Source of the DNA: Oleiphilaceae bacterium J1-3
GTDB taxonomy: Bacteria; Pseudomonadota; Gammaproteobacteria; Pseudomonadales; Oleiphilaceae
Reading direction: 5' to 3'
Assembly: GCA_051208035.1 (NCBI GenBank)
Contig: JBPJFZ010000011.1
Span: 27,895-59,894 of the forward strand
Length of the DNA: 32,000 nt
The notes beneath the pieces are model-generated. The model ran no database searches. It was not told the DNA's origin and worked only from the letters and a program-made list of their open reading frames with translations. A program made the position numbers and the translations under genes. Shown in pieces: positions 17,574 through 28,178 of this stretch; position 1 is the stretch's first letter; each line of letters begins with the position of its first letter.

Positions 17574-20162
17574 ATGAATACTGAATATCGCAAACCGTTA
17601 CCTGGCACCGCACTTGACTATTACGATGTACGCGCCGCTGTTGATGCTATCAAGCCTGGCGCATACGATACGTTACCCTATACGTCTAAAGTCTTGGCAG
17701 AAAACCTGGTTCGGCGTTGCGACCCTGCATCGCTTAATGCTGCCCTCAGCCAAATCATCGACAGAAAGAGCGATCTCGATTTTCCCTGGTACCCGGCGCG
17801 GGTCGTTTGTCACGACATCCTCGGGCAGACTGCGCTGGTAGATTTGGCGGGGTTGCGTGACGCTATTGCAGACAAGGGGGGCGACCCTGCGCAAGTGAAT
17901 CCAGTCGTACCGACACAATTAATCGTTGATCATTCACTGGCAGTCGAATGCGGAGGGTTTGATCCAGATGCCTTTGAAAAAAATCGCGCGATTGAAGACC
18001 GTCGTAACGAAGACCGGTTTCACTTCATTGATTGGACCAAAACCGCATTTAAAAACGTGGATGTCATACCAGCTGGTAACGGTATCATGCACCAGATTAA
18101 TTTAGAAAAGATGTCGCCGGTCATCCAGGCTCGAGAGGGTGTTGCCTTTCCGGATACCTGCGTTGGAACCGATAGTCACACCCCACATGTAGATGCACTT
18201 GGCGTTATCGCCATTGGTGTAGGTGGGCTTGAGGCAGAGTCGGTGATGTTAGGTCGTGCATCCATGATGCGTTTGCCAGACATTGTTGGTGTAGAGCTCG
18301 TTGGGCAACGTCAGCCAAGCATTACCGCCACTGACATTGTGTTGGCGCTAACTGAGTTTCTTCGTAAAGAACGTGTCGTATCCACTTATCTTGAGTTCTT
18401 TGGGGAGGGGGCTGCAAATCTTACTATTGGAGACCGTGCCACTATTTCGAATATGACACCAGAATATGGTGCCACAGCCGCCATGTTTTATATTGATCAA
18501 CAGACTATCGATTACCTGACGCTAACAGGGCGCGAACCCGAGCAAATTGCGTTGGTTGAGCAATATGCGAGACAAACAGGTTTGTGGGCCGACGGAATGA
18601 CCAAAGCCAGATATGAACGAGTGCTGAAATTCGACCTCTCTTCTGTGGGTAGAAACATGGCTGGCCCATCGAACCCACATGCACGGCTGGCAACGGCTGA
18701 CTTAGCCAGCAAAGGCATCGCCGGTAAGTGGACGCAGGTAGATGGTGAAATGCCTGATGGCGCTGTGATTATTGCGGCCATTACCAGTTGTACTAACACC
18801 AGTAACCCGCGCAATGTTGTTGCGGCAGGTCTATTAGCACGTAATGCGAATAAATTGGGGCTGTTGCGTAAACCCTGGGTGAAATCGTCTTTTGCACCGG
18901 GCTCTAAAGTGGCAGAACTTTATCTTAAAGACGCGGGGCTGTTATCAGAGCTTGAAAAACTAGGCTTTGGCATTGTCGCGTTTGCCTGCACGACCTGTAA
19001 CGGCATGAGCGGCGCGCTTGACCCGGTTATCCAAAAAGAAATTATTGATCGTGATTTGTATGCCACTGCTGTACTGTCAGGTAACCGAAATTTTGATGGC
19101 CGTATTCATCCCTATGCGAAGCAGGCATTTTTAGCATCGCCTCCTCTGGTCGTTGCTTACGCCATTGCCGGAACGATGCGCTTTGACATCGAAAAAGATG
19201 TGTTAGGTGTTGTTGATGGTAAAGAAATCAGGCTAAAGGATATCTGGCCGTCTGATGATGAAATTGACCAGATAGTTAAGCAAAGCGTTAAGCCAGAGCA
19301 GTTTAGACAGATTTATATCCCCATGTTTGATTTGGGCGAAAACGAACAAGCAGCCAGCCCACTGTATGACTGGCGACCGATGAGCACCTATATACGTCGC
19401 CCGCCATATTGGGAAGGGGCTTTGGCAGGTGCCAGAACCTTAACGGGTATGCGTCCATTAGCAGTTCTGCCTGACAATATTACTACGGATCACTTATCGC
19501 CATCGAACGCGATCATGATGAACAGCGCAGCCGGTGAATACTTGCATAAAATGGGATTACCCGAAGAAGACTTTAATTCTTATGCAACCCATCGTGGTGA
19601 CCATTTAACGGCACAACGGGCAACCTTTGCTAACCCTAAACTGTTAAATGAGATGGTGCGTGATGAGCAGGGCAAGGTCAAACAAGGGTCGTTAGCGCGA
19701 ATCGAACCAGAAGGCAAAGTAACACGCATGTGGGAAGCGATAGAAACCTACATGGAGCGCAAGCAGCCTTTGATCATCATCGCTGGTGCAGACTATGGTC
19801 AGGGATCTTCTCGAGACTGGGCGGCAAAAGGGGTTCGACTAGCCGGAGTTGAAGCCATCGCCGCCGAAGGTTTTGAAAGAATACACCGCACCAACCTCGT
19901 TGGTATGGGTGTTTTACCGCTAGAGTTTAAACCAGGCACCACACGTATTACGTTAGGGCTGGATGGTACAGAAACCTACGATGTGATTGGCGACCGTCAA
20001 CCGGGTGCAGCGCTTACGCTCGTGATTCACAGAAAATCAGGCGAACGAGTTGATGTCCCCGTAACTTGTCGTTTAGATACGGCAGAAGAGTGCTCTATTT
20101 ATGAGGCTGGCGGTGTGTTGCAGCGATTCGCGCAAGACTTTTTAGAATCGAAAGCGGGTTAG
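17574..20162 (+). CDS. acnD: Fe/S-dependent 2-methylcitrate dehydratase AcnD (aconitase family)
   Basis: An aconitase A-like protein of about 862 aa (GTDSHTP, ITSCTNTSNP, ACTTCNG cluster ligand motifs) encoded next to prpF. Start chosen at ATG 17574 (MNTEYRKPLPGT). The ORF track begins at TTG 17547. Confidence 0.93.
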   Translation: MNTEYRKPLPGTALDYYDVRAAVDAIKPGAYDTLPYTSKVLAENLVRRCDPASLNAALSQIIDRKSDLDFPWYPARVVCHDILGQTALVDLAGLRDAIADKGGDPAQVNPVVPTQLIVDHSLAVECGGFDPDAFEKNRAIEDRRNEDRFHFIDWTKTAFKNVDVIPAGNGIMHQINLEKMSPVIQAREGVAFPDTCVGTDSHTPHVDALGVIAIGVGGLEAESVMLGRASMMRLPDIVGVELVGQRQPSITATDIVLALTEFLRKERVVSTYLEFFGEGAANLTIGDRATISNMTPEYGATAAMFYIDQQTIDYLTLTGREPEQIALVEQYARQTGLWADGMTKARYERVLKFDLSSVGRNMAGPSNPHARLATADLASKGIAGKWTQVDGEMPDGAVIIAAITSCTNTSNPRNVVAAGLLARNANKLGLLRKPWVKSSFAPGSKVAELYLKDAGLLSELEKLGFGIVAFACTTCNGMSGALDPVIQKEIIDRDLYATAVLSGNRNFDGRIHPYAKQAFLASPPLVVAYAIAGTMRFDIEKDVLGVVDGKEIRLKDIWPSDDEIDQIVKQSVKPEQFRQIYIPMFDLGENEQAASPLYDWRPMSTYIRRPPYWEGALAGARTLTGMRPLAVLPDNITTDHLSPSNAIMMNSAAGEYLHKMGLPEEDFNSYATHRGDHLTAQRATFANPKLLNEMVRDEQGKVKQGSLARIEPEGKVTRMWEAIETYMERKQPLIIIAGADYGQGSSRDWAAKGVRLAGVEAIAAEGFERIHRTNLVGMGVLPLEFKPGTTRITLGLDGTETYDVIGDRQPGAALTLVIHRKSGERVDVPVTCRLDTAEECSIYEAGGVLQRFAQDFLESKAG

Positions 20163-20221
20163 TAATAGAACATTAGCTGGGAACAACAGGCGGCGAAATC
20201 AATTAACGAGTAAATATAGCT

Positions 20222-21418
20222 ATGTCATATGCACCGCAAATTAAAATACCCGCCACCTACATGCGTGGCGGCACCAGTAAAGGCGTGTTTTTTAGCCTGA
20301 CGGATTTACCTCAGGCAGCACAACAGCCAGGAAAGGCCAGAGATCAGTTGCTACTCAGGGTGATTGGCAGTCCAGACCCTTATGGCAAACAAACAGATGG
20401 CATGGGTGGAGCAACATCCAGTACCAGTAAAACCGTTATTTTGGCCAGAAGTGAGCAACCAGATCATGATGTGGATTACCTGTTTGGTCAGGTATCCATT
20501 GATAAACCTTTTGTTGATTGGAGCGGCAACTGCGGCAATTTAACCGCAGCCGTCGGTGCCTTTGCCATCAGTAATGGGCTGGTAGATGCGGCGCGTATTC
20601 CGGATAACGGTATTTGTACCGTTAGAATCTGGCAGAAGAACATAGCAAAAACCATCATCGCCCACGTACCCATGGGTGATGGCAGGGTTCAGGAAACCGG
20701 CGATTTCGAGTTAGACGGCGTCACCTTTCCCGCAGCAGAAGTGCAAATAGAGTTTCTTGATCCGGCGGATGACAGCGAAGGTGAGGGGGGGGCGATGTTC
20801 CCCACTGGTAATCTGGTTGATGATCTTGATGTACCCGGTGTTGGAACCCTCAAAGCGACCATGATCAATGCGGGGATACCGACGGTGTTTATCCGTGCAG
20901 AAGATATTGGTTACAAGGGTACCGAATTACAGGATGACATCAACAGTGATGTCGCAGCGTTAGCCAAGTTTGAGGCCATCCGCGCCCATGGCGCATTAAA
21001 AATGGGATTAATTAAAGACCTATCAGAAGCCGCAGCGCGCCAGCATACCCCAAAAGTTGCCTTTGTTGCGGGTGCCGCAAGTTATACGGCATCCAGTGGC
21101 AAAACGGTTCCCGCTGATGATATCGACCTTTTAGTGCGCGCACTGTCTATGGGCAAGCTGCATCATGCGATGATGGGCACTGCCGCAGTGGCCATTGGCA
21201 CAGCCGCTGCGATTCCGGGCACATTGGTTAATATCGCGGCCGGTGGTGGCCAGCTCAGTGCCGTCCGTTTTGGTCATCCATCCGGAACGTTAAAGGTTGG
21301 TGCAGAAGCACAGCTGAAAGGTAAAGAGTGGGCGGTAACCAAAGCCATTATGAGTCGCAGTGCGCGAGTATTAATGGAAGGGTGGGTGCGTATTCCCGGC
21401 GATTGTTTTGCAGACTAA
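20222..21418 (+). CDS. prpF: 2-methylaconitate cis-trans isomerase PrpF
   Basis: 398 aa. The N-terminus IPATYMRGGTSKGVFF and the motif DWSGNCGNL are typical of the PrpF family. It follows acnD, the usual pairing. Confidence 0.92.
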   Translation: MSYAPQIKIPATYMRGGTSKGVFFSLTDLPQAAQQPGKARDQLLLRVIGSPDPYGKQTDGMGGATSSTSKTVILARSEQPDHDVDYLFGQVSIDKPFVDWSGNCGNLTAAVGAFAISNGLVDAARIPDNGICTVRIWQKNIAKTIIAHVPMGDGRVQETGDFELDGVTFPAAEVQIEFLDPADDSEGEGGAMFPTGNLVDDLDVPGVGTLKATMINAGIPTVFIRAEDIGYKGTELQDDINSDVAALAKFEAIRAHGALKMGLIKDLSEAAARQHTPKVAFVAGAASYTASSGKTVPADDIDLLVRALSMGKLHHAMMGTAAVAIGTAAAIPGTLVNIAAGGGQLSAVRFGHPSGTLKVGAEAQLKGKEWAVTKAIMSRSARVLMEGWVRIPGDCFAD

Positions 21419-21442
21419 GGCAAGTGGTGCGTTCGTAAACAT

Positions 21443-21465
21443 GGCAGAGGGGGAGACCCTCTGCC
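21443..21465. terminator. Stem-loop between the convergent prpF and the downstream minus-strand gene
   Basis: GGCAGAGGG (21443-21451) pairs with CCCTCTGCC (21457-21465): a perfect 9-bp GC-rich stem with a 5-nt loop. Only weak T-runs flank it. Confidence 0.55.
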
Positions 21466-21474
21466 GACAAGTCT

Positions 21475-22035
21475 CTAGTAGTTCTCAACAAGCATTTGAT
21501 TAATAACGTACTCGCTGGTTTTAGTAGCAACGCCGGTATTTAACGTGTTGTCAGTATTGTCTTTGTTAATGTAAGCAGGGAATATTGTTGCAATTTTATC
21601 GCTGGTTTTCACCACAACCTTTGCAGGCAACACCGATACATCGGTAAACTGCCAGGCGTTAATGGCTTCATTCCAACGCTTATTCTGAGTTCTTTTCCAG
21701 TCTGCTGCACTCAAGTGAATGCCCATAATTTTGTCTTTAGGGTATTTTTGCGACCAACTAGCTTTAATCATTGCCGTTAGTTCTTCGGCATCATCACCTT
21801 TGTATTTATCTTTTGGCCGTTTTTGCGTATCTATCTTGCCTTCGTTGCTGATTTTATAGGCACTTTTTTCAGCTCTTTTTGCACAGTTTTTTTCTATCGC
21901 TTCTCTCTTGTTTGGTGGCAATTTTTCTAACATTTCCGGAGAGCACCTATCAGCGGCTGATGCCACTGTAGTAAAGGTTGTTGTAAAACAGGCGAAGGTG
22001 AAAATACTTAAAAAACCAATAATCTTTTTCATCAT
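21475..22035 (-). CDS. Secreted hypothetical protein (Lys-rich N-terminal region, unknown family)
   Basis: Signal peptide MMKKIIGFLSIFTFACFTTTFTTVASA|AD with an ASA cleavage motif. Two Cys residues lie near the mature N-terminus. Start placed at the MMKK methionines (22035 or 22032) rather than GTG 22065. No family recognised. Confidence 0.6.
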   Translation of the reverse strand: MMKKIIGFLSIFTFACFTTTFTTVASAADRCSPEMLEKLPPNKREAIEKNCAKRAEKSAYKISNEGKIDTQKRPKDKYKGDDAEELTAMIKASWSQKYPKDKIMGIHLSAADWKRTQNKRWNEAINAWQFTDVSVLPAKVVVKTSDKIATIFPAYINKDNTDNTLNTGVATKTSEYVINQMLVENY

Positions 22036-22193
22036 TTGGTACCAAAGTAGATGGATGGAGTGCACATATTGCTGACAGTGGTTTAAGTTAAGATAAGAAA
22101 ATGGAAAAACGCAAACCGTTCGGATATTTGTTGAGGAACCTGTTCCACAGCGATAAAGAGTACACTGTTGGACTTAAGGTTTGATTACTGAAC

Positions 22194-23399
22194 CTAACGC
22201 TGGATTACATTCATGCCGTCTACTAAATTTGATGCAGGGTATAAAATTACGAGATCATCTGCCTGCAATCCTTCTAATACGACGGCTTCCAGACCATTAT
22301 TATGACCAATTTTAACTTTGCGCAACTGAGCGACACCATTGTTTACAATAAATACTGCCCAGTCACTTTTTTCACGAAAAAGCGCACTTGCCGGTGCTTT
22401 AAGCACATCTTTGTTTTCATGCAAAACTATTAAAGCATCCACCCGAAAACCATGCCCAAGTTGCAGGTCTTTCGGCAAGGGTTCTGCAAACTGAACAATC
22501 ACCTTTACGCGCTGTTCTTCAACACCTAACGCAGAGTATTTCGTAAAACCATAGGGGTCGATTCTGGAGACGCTACCGAGTAGAGGTGTTGTGCCACCCC
22601 AGTTGTCAATAATGACTTTTTGACCAACGGCGATTCGAACAGCATCAGTTGATAATAATTCTATTACCACCTCTAAATCTTCTTTAACGTCGCCAACTTC
22701 AACGAGCGGCGTGCCAGCGCTAACCGTTACTTCACTTTTTTCTAGTACGTTTAGAATTTGGCCATTAATAGGCGATCTTAGCTGTATTTCTTCCAATTTA
22801 AGCGGACTGGTACTGTCAAGATTTGTCAGTGCGGCCCGAGCGCTCGCCAATTCTGCCTGGCGAATGTTAATGGTTGCATCGGCGCTTTTAATCATAGATG
22901 AGGCATTTCGTAAGAGGCGTTCTGTTTCTTCAAAGTCCGACTCACTGATGGCGCCCGTTTTAAATTGCTTTTGTGACCTCAAAAAAGTCGATTTGGCGAC
23001 GCGTTCATTGGTCAGCGCCACTTCGTAATCTGCCTGCGCGTAGGTCAGGGCGTTTTCTGCGGCGCTCACGAGAGCTTCTGCTTGCAGTTTCTCCCGCGCA
23101 TTTAACGTCGGTGGATCTATTGGTATTATCCGCGCAATGACACTTTCCCCTTTAACAACCTTGTCACCCGGATCAGCGTTAATTCGCAAAAGCTTGCCGG
23201 TGACTGGTGCTGAAATCCTGTATACCTGCCGTACCTGGGTGCGTCCTTCTTCATTAAGCGTCACCACCATGCTGCCTTTCTCAACACGGCCAATATCAAC
23301 CAGCGCAGGTTTAGGTGCAAACGAAATAACAACCGCTATCAGAAGAGTGATAAAAACCACACCTGTAAATATTTTTCGTGCGTATCTTTTCTTCAACAT
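22194..23399 (-). CDS. HlyD-family periplasmic adaptor (membrane fusion protein) of the ABC exporter
   Basis: N-terminal TM anchor (IFTGVVFITLLIAVVISF), lipoyl-like PVTGKLLRINADPGDKVVKGESV, a coiled-coil region, then a beta-barrel region. ATG 23399 lies 4 nt after the permease stop and is preceded by AAGAG. Confidence 0.88.
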   Translation of the reverse strand: MLKKRYARKIFTGVVFITLLIAVVISFAPKPALVDIGRVEKGSMVVTLNEEGRTQVRQVYRISAPVTGKLLRINADPGDKVVKGESVIARIIPIDPPTLNAREKLQAEALVSAAENALTYAQADYEVALTNERVAKSTFLRSQKQFKTGAISESDFEETERLLRNASSMIKSADATINIRQAELASARAALTNLDSTSPLKLEEIQLRSPINGQILNVLEKSEVTVSAGTPLVEVGDVKEDLEVVIELLSTDAVRIAVGQKVIIDNWGGTTPLLGSVSRIDPYGFTKYSALGVEEQRVKVIVQFAEPLPKDLQLGHGFRVDALIVLHENKDVLKAPASALFREKSDWAVFIVNNGVAQLRKVKIGHNNGLEAVVLEGLQADDLVILYPASNLVDGMNVIQR

Positions 23400-23403
23400 G
23401 TGC

Positions 23404-25770
23404 TCACTCTTTTGATTTAAGGGCAGAAACGAGATCAATCCGGTCTATATCCCGCTTAACCAGCCAGCCGGAAACAAGTGATGCGAAAATAACCGCAAGG
23501 CCCGCTATCCCGTAACTTTCGGAGGTGTACACAGGCTGTATCTGATAAATGTCGGTGCTAAACCCTTCAGATATCGCCAACGAAAGATAATAGCCAAGTG
23601 CCGCGCCAATGGGGAGTGCGATAAGGGTAACAAGGGTTAATTCGCCAAGTAACACAAAAGCAGTTTCACCTTTTGTAAATCCAATGACCCGCAGACTGGC
23701 CAGGTCACGCTCCCGCTCTGCATAAGCAATGCGTGCTGAGTTAAACACTATGCCAAACGTAATAACACCGGCAATTAGTGCCATAATATAACGCATGGCA
23801 CCCGCCCCCTGGTCCATCATCTTTTCAAAGGATATTCTACTATCGAGTTTTAGCGAAATACCCGCCACTGCGGGCATGTTTTTAATGGCACGGTACACTT
23901 GGTCACGCTGTGCAGTATCAAGTCTTAGATAAGCACCAGAGACTTGCTCGGGTTCTTTTAAATAGCGATTAAGTGCTGACAACTGCATATAAACAGGGGA
24001 GCCTAGCAGAGTATTTGCAACCGCTGCCACTGGCACCTGCAGCAATGGCCTGCGACCTTCCCGTACATCGATGGTTATCCAGTCCCCCGGTGCAGCCTGG
24101 AGTATATCGGCTATAGGTTTTGATAGAACAATACCGTTTGGCATCAAGGGAATGGGTTGCAGTGAAGTGTCTAATGCACGGTACAAACGTGGGTTATCAA
24201 CCATCCCCTCAATTCCTCCCTGATAGTGATGCCGACCGTGACGAAATATCACCGGCACACTTCGATAGGGCTCTACAGAAATAACCCCGGGAACCTGGGC
24301 CAGCGCAATAATAGACTTCTGGGTCAGCGAGTGGGTAAACACAACATTGGCGTCGCTTCTGTCCAGTACGGAAAAGCTCACATCTAACGCACGATCAAAA
24401 CCAGACATGACACTGATCATACCAGCAGAAAGTGCCATGCCGCAGGCGATGCCCGTAACGGCAGCAAACATTCGGCCAGGTTGTCTGAAAACACGACGCA
24501 ATACCATTTTACTGGGTTGATCAAGTATTCTTTGGAAGCGTTCAGGCAGCTTAAATGCGTTACTGTAATCTGGAGGAAGAGGCGGGCGCATGGCAACAGC
24601 AGGTGTTAACAAAAAAATACTGCGCAACACTAACAAACTGGCGGCAGTGGCCGTTCCGATACTGATCAGCAATCCTATATAAAAGGTAACAGGGTCTACT
24701 TCGAACACGAGAAACGGATACTTAAAGTAAGATTGATATAGCTCGGCCATCCCGCGACCGGCAGCGACGCCCATTGCAATGCCTGCCAGCGCACCACCGA
24801 TGGCAATGACCAGCACTAATTTGAGGTAATGTGTACTGACCTCAGCACTGGAATAACCAAATGCCTTAAGCAAACCAATCTGCTCCCGCTCTGACTGCAC
24901 CATGCGTGAGATGACAATGTAGAGTAAAAAAGCGGCTACAGCCAAAAACAGAGGCGGTACGCCAACGGCAGATGCTTTTAAGCCGTCTATTTCTTCGCTG
25001 ATAAAACGGTTTGATAATTGGTTTTCTAGTCCATAGGCACCCAAGCTACCAAATTTGTAAAGAATCTTATCGGCTGCATTCGTTACCGCTGCCAATCCCG
25101 CCCCTGGCTCAAGTGATAACAAAGCCTCATTAAATGCTCCTTCCATATCATAGGCTGCAGCCAAGGCTGATTCGCCTACCCATATGACAGCAAAACGACT
25201 ATCGTCAGCGGCGAGCTCTCCCGGTGCGGTGCTGTAGAGAAACTCTGGGGACTGCGCCAAACCGACAATACTAAAGGTTCGACGCGCGCCGTTCATTGTT
25301 ACCGTCAACGAGTCTCCGGGTGTTAATTGCCGAGCTTCTGCAAAGCCTTTTAGAAGGATGATTTCGTCCACATGCCCGGCGAGCATCATGCGCCCATCGG
25401 TTAAGAAAATATCATTCAGGGTGGGGGAGCCAGTGTCAGGCAACGAAATTGCCCGCGCCCGCAAGGGTACATTCACTTCCGGCAGGTCGATGAGCGCCTC
25501 ACCCATAACACGCCCCTGCACCGCCGCAACGCCTGGTATCGCAGCCAGTTCTTTCAGGGTATGAGTCGGTGCACGATTCACCGGTGCAAAAACATCTGCC
25601 AGACGGTAACGGTCATAATAGGCACGACGCGTTTCTTCCAGCGTATTAACAAGTCCATGCATCATGACCAGCATCAGCACGCCCAAGGCAATCACCAGGC
25701 CAATGGCAATCGCCTGAGATTTAATCCGCCAAAGATCTCTTACAAGTTTCTGGTTAAGCGGGCTCACCAC
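23404..25770 (-). CDS. ABC transporter permease with two FtsX-type modules (YbbP-like)
   Basis: 788 aa. The N-terminus [23 protein letters not shown] is typical of MacB/FtsX-type permeases. Hydrophobic clusters occur at about aa 270-400 and 660-780, each preceded by a large extracytoplasmic segment. The GTG start overlaps the ATPase stop (GTGGTGA). Confidence 0.9.
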   Translation of the reverse strand: MVSPLNQKLVRDLWRIKSQAIAIGLVIALGVLMLVMMHGLVNTLEETRRAYYDRYRLADVFAPVNRAPTHTLKELAAIPGVAAVQGRVMGEALIDLPEVNVPLRARAISLPDTGSPTLNDIFLTDGRMMLAGHVDEIILLKGFAEARQLTPGDSLTVTMNGARRTFSIVGLAQSPEFLYSTAPGELAADDSRFAVIWVGESALAAAYDMEGAFNEALLSLEPGAGLAAVTNAADKILYKFGSLGAYGLENQLSNRFISEEIDGLKASAVGVPPLFLAVAAFLLYIVISRMVQSEREQIGLLKAFGYSSAEVSTHYLKLVLVIAIGGALAGIAMGVAAGRGMAELYQSYFKYPFLVFEVDPVTFYIGLLISIGTATAASLLVLRSIFLLTPAVAMRPPLPPDYSNAFKLPERFQRILDQPSKMVLRRVFRQPGRMFAAVTGIACGMALSAGMISVMSGFDRALDVSFSVLDRSDANVVFTHSLTQKSIIALAQVPGVISVEPYRSVPVIFRHGRHHYQGGIEGMVDNPRLYRALDTSLQPIPLMPNGIVLSKPIADILQAAPGDWITIDVREGRRPLLQVPVAAVANTLLGSPVYMQLSALNRYLKEPEQVSGAYLRLDTAQRDQVYRAIKNMPAVAGISLKLDSRISFEKMMDQGAGAMRYIMALIAGVITFGIVFNSARIAYAERERDLASLRVIGFTKGETAFVLLGELTLVTLIALPIGAALGYYLSLAISEGFSTDIYQIQPVYTSESYGIAGLAVIFASLVSGWLVKRDIDRIDLVSALKSKE

Positions 25771-26495
25771 TCAATCTCCTCAGGAGAAAGCTTGGCTGTG
25801 TTGACAATGACTTCGCGAATGTCACCGTCAGCAAAATGTATGACTCTGTCTGCCATTTTTGCAGTTGCAGCGGCATGGGTAACAATAAGTATCGTCGCGC
25901 CTAGGGTTTCATTCACATTCTGCAGCACTTTCAATACGGCTCGCCCCGTCGTGCTATCTAATGCCCCTGTGGGTTCATCACAGAATAAAACCGTAGGTTG
26001 TTTCGCGATGGCACGGGCAATGGCCACGCGTTGCTGCTCACCGCCGGACATTTGTGACGGGAAGTGATGGAGTCGCTTATCAAGACCTACCAGTGCCAGA
26101 GCTTCTTCAGGGAGCATCGGTTGATCGGCTATTTCTGTAACCAGTTCGACATTTTCTACCGCTGTTAAACTTGGCATCAAATTATAAAACTGAAACACAA
26201 ACCCTACATGAGCACGACGATATTGGGTAAGCTCTGCATTAGTCATTTCTGTTAAAGACTGATGCTGGAAGTATGCTTCGCCACTGCTTGCGTGATCCAG
26301 CCCGCCGAGAATATTCAATAGCGTTGACTTTCCACTACCAGAAGGGCCGAGCAAAACGACTATTTCTCCTTTGGGAATTTCCAGCGAAACGCCCCGCAAA
26401 GCGTGCACGGTTGCGGCACCTTCGCCATACATTTTAGACAAGTTTCTGGTTTTGAATGCGGGTATACCATCGCCATGTGGGAGCTTCCCGTTCAT
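25764..26495 (-). CDS. ABC transporter ATP-binding protein (MacB/LolD-type)
   Basis: Walker [10 protein letters not shown], signature [15 protein letters not shown] and Walker [16 protein letters not shown] 26495 is preceded by AGGAT. The ORF track starts one codon earlier at TTG. Confidence 0.93.
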   Translation of the reverse strand: MNGKLPHGDGIPAFKTRNLSKMYGEGAATVHALRGVSLEIPKGEIVVLLGPSGSGKSTLLNILGGLDHASSGEAYFQHQSLTEMTNAELTQYRRAHVGFVFQFYNLMPSLTAVENVELVTEIADQPMLPEEALALVGLDKRLHHFPSQMSGGEQQRVAIARAIAKQPTVLFCDEPTGALDSTTGRAVLKVLQNVNETLGATILIVTHAAATAKMADRVIHFADGDIREVIVNTAKLSPEEIEW

Positions 26496-26725
26496 CAACG
26501 TAGATCCTATAAATACAATGTAGCCAAATCGGGCAGTTGCCTGGTAATCCTAACATATTGCAAATCTACAATTTTGAGGCAGAACAAAGACTAATCCGAC
26601 TGTATTCGTCATAAATACAACCGACAACTTTCTAAATTGGCACTTTGGGCGTTATTTCGGTATCTTTCGCAGCTTTTTGGATTCTGGCGCGTTTGGGGTC
26701 GGCTTTAAGGCAGGAGAATAGAACA

Positions 26726-28102
26726 ATGTTTGCAGGTTTTGATTATGGAACATCAAATTGTGCAGTGGGTGTTATTAAAAGAAACGCGAACCACCGTGCT
26801 GTCGAATTACTGCCTTTAGAGAGTGGCAATCAGTTCATGCCTTCCGCGCTCTATGCCCTTGCCAGGGAGCTGATAAGCGAGTCTGTCGGTTTGAGCATAC
26901 AGAATGAAACTGAAAAAGAAGCCTATATCATTTCGCGCGCTGCCACCTTAGAGCAGGCCCGTCGCGTGCGCAGAGAAGAAGGCATCAATGAAGGTATGCG
27001 CAATCTTTACGTTGGGCACGAAGCCTTCGAACAGTATTTCGCCGCACCTGAAGAGGGGTATTTTGTAAAATCTCCTAAATCTTATTTAGGTGCCAGTGGT
27101 TTACGGCCAGAATTCATCGCTTTCTTTGAAGACATCGTCACTGCCATGATGCAGCAGATTAAACTGCGTGCCGAGCAAAGCCTTGGGGATTCCATTCGTC
27201 ATGCCGTTATTGGGCGACCAGTTAATTTTCAAGGCCTGAATTCTGAAAACAGCAATCGCCAGGCAATAGACATTCTCACCGTATCGGCAAAGCGGGCAGG
27301 CTTTCAATCTGTAGAATTCTTTTACGAGCCCTTAGCTGCAGGCCTCGATTTTGAAGCAGGGTTAGACAAGGATAAAACGGTTTTGGTCGTGGATGTTGGC
27401 GGCGGAACAACCGACTGTGCCATGGTACGCATGGGGCCAGGGCATCGAACAAAACCGGATCGTACACAAGATTTTTTAGGTCATAGCGGTGAACGAGTAG
27501 GGGGGAATGATCTTGATATTCTTTTAGCTGGCAGGCAGTTAATGCCGTTGTTTGGTATGGAGTCTACCTTAAAAAGTGGCTTGCCTATTCCCACTCAGGT
27601 GTATTGGGATGCAGTCAGCACGAATGACGTTTCTGCCCAAGCCAACTTTAATCATAAAAAAACCCAATTGTATTTAGAGCAACTACAACGAGATGCGACA
27701 GAACCAGCGTTTATCGAGCGCTTTATAGATCTGCGAGATGGCAAACAAAATCATCATGTCGTTCGCAGTGCCGAGCAATGCAAAGTCATGCTTTCTAGTG
27801 AAGAGAAGCATTATATCGATCTCTCCTATGTCGAGCATGGTTTGGGGCGCGAGGTAACAAGACAGGAACTCTCAGAAGCCATCGAACGACCGCTAAATAA
27901 AATGGTGTCGTTGATGGAAGAAGCAATCGCTCAAGCGGGTGTTAGGCCTGATTTGGTTTATTTAACGGGTGGTTCAGGTAAGTCTTTGGATATACGGAGG
28001 GCGTTACAAAATAAGCTGGGTGATATTGCAGTGCTTGACGGTGACCATTTTGGCAGTGTCACTGCCGGGTTGACCTTGTGGGCTGAAAAACTCTTTGCGT
28101 AA
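26726..28102 (+). CDS. yegD: Hsp70-class (actin-fold ATPase) protein, YegD-like
   Basis: MFAGFDYGTSNCAVGV matches the DnaK phosphate-1 motif, with VLVVDVGGGTTDCAMV and a C-terminal VYLTGGSGKS. About 458 aa, with no substrate-binding domain, as in YegD. AGGAG sits 9 nt upstream of ATG 26726. Confidence 0.88.
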   Translation: MFAGFDYGTSNCAVGVIKRNANHRAVELLPLESGNQFMPSALYALARELISESVGLSIQNETEKEAYIISRAATLEQARRVRREEGINEGMRNLYVGHEAFEQYFAAPEEGYFVKSPKSYLGASGLRPEFIAFFEDIVTAMMQQIKLRAEQSLGDSIRHAVIGRPVNFQGLNSENSNRQAIDILTVSAKRAGFQSVEFFYEPLAAGLDFEAGLDKDKTVLVVDVGGGTTDCAMVRMGPGHRTKPDRTQDFLGHSGERVGGNDLDILLAGRQLMPLFGMESTLKSGLPIPTQVYWDAVSTNDVSAQANFNHKKTQLYLEQLQRDATEPAFIERFIDLRDGKQNHHVVRSAEQCKVMLSSEEKHYIDLSYVEHGLGREVTRQELSEAIERPLNKMVSLMEEAIAQAGVRPDLVYLTGGSGKSLDIRRALQNKLGDIAVLDGDHFGSVTAGLTLWAEKLFA

Positions 28103-28178
28103 GCACTAACCTGACAGCTAAATACCGGTGTTTTGGCAATGCCGTCAGGTTTGCAATCTAGATTACATGTCGTCCTGC

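Noticed and set aside
20785-20792. G8 homopolymer inside prpF (codons GAG GGG GGG GCG)
   Set aside because: The reading frame is intact through it and prpF is a core metabolic gene. There is no evidence of phase variation from a single sequence.
26510-26620. ATAAATACAA repeated about 100 bp apart in the ABC/yegD divergent spacer. I also searched for a sigma32-type heat-shock promoter upstream of yegD.
   Set aside because: A 10-bp AT-rich repeat can occur by chance. No CTTGAAA...CCCCAT-like element was seen.
17547-26725. Longer N-terminal extensions offered by the ORF track (acnD TTG 17547, hypothetical GTG 22065, HlyD 23438, ABC ATPase TTG 26498, yegD TTG 26645)
   Set aside because: Downstream ATGs fit better. 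Depending on the gene, they match the conserved family N-terminus or signal peptide (acnD, the 22065 hypothetical, yegD), have a better Shine-Dalgarno sequence (HlyD, ABC ATPase, yegD), or avoid a large overlap with the upstream gene (HlyD).
28108-28150. AACCTGAC...GTCAGGTT inverted repeat between convergent yegD and the dehydrogenase gene
   Set aside because: An 8-bp stem with a roughly 27-nt loop and no clear U-tract. It might aid termination but is not convincing.
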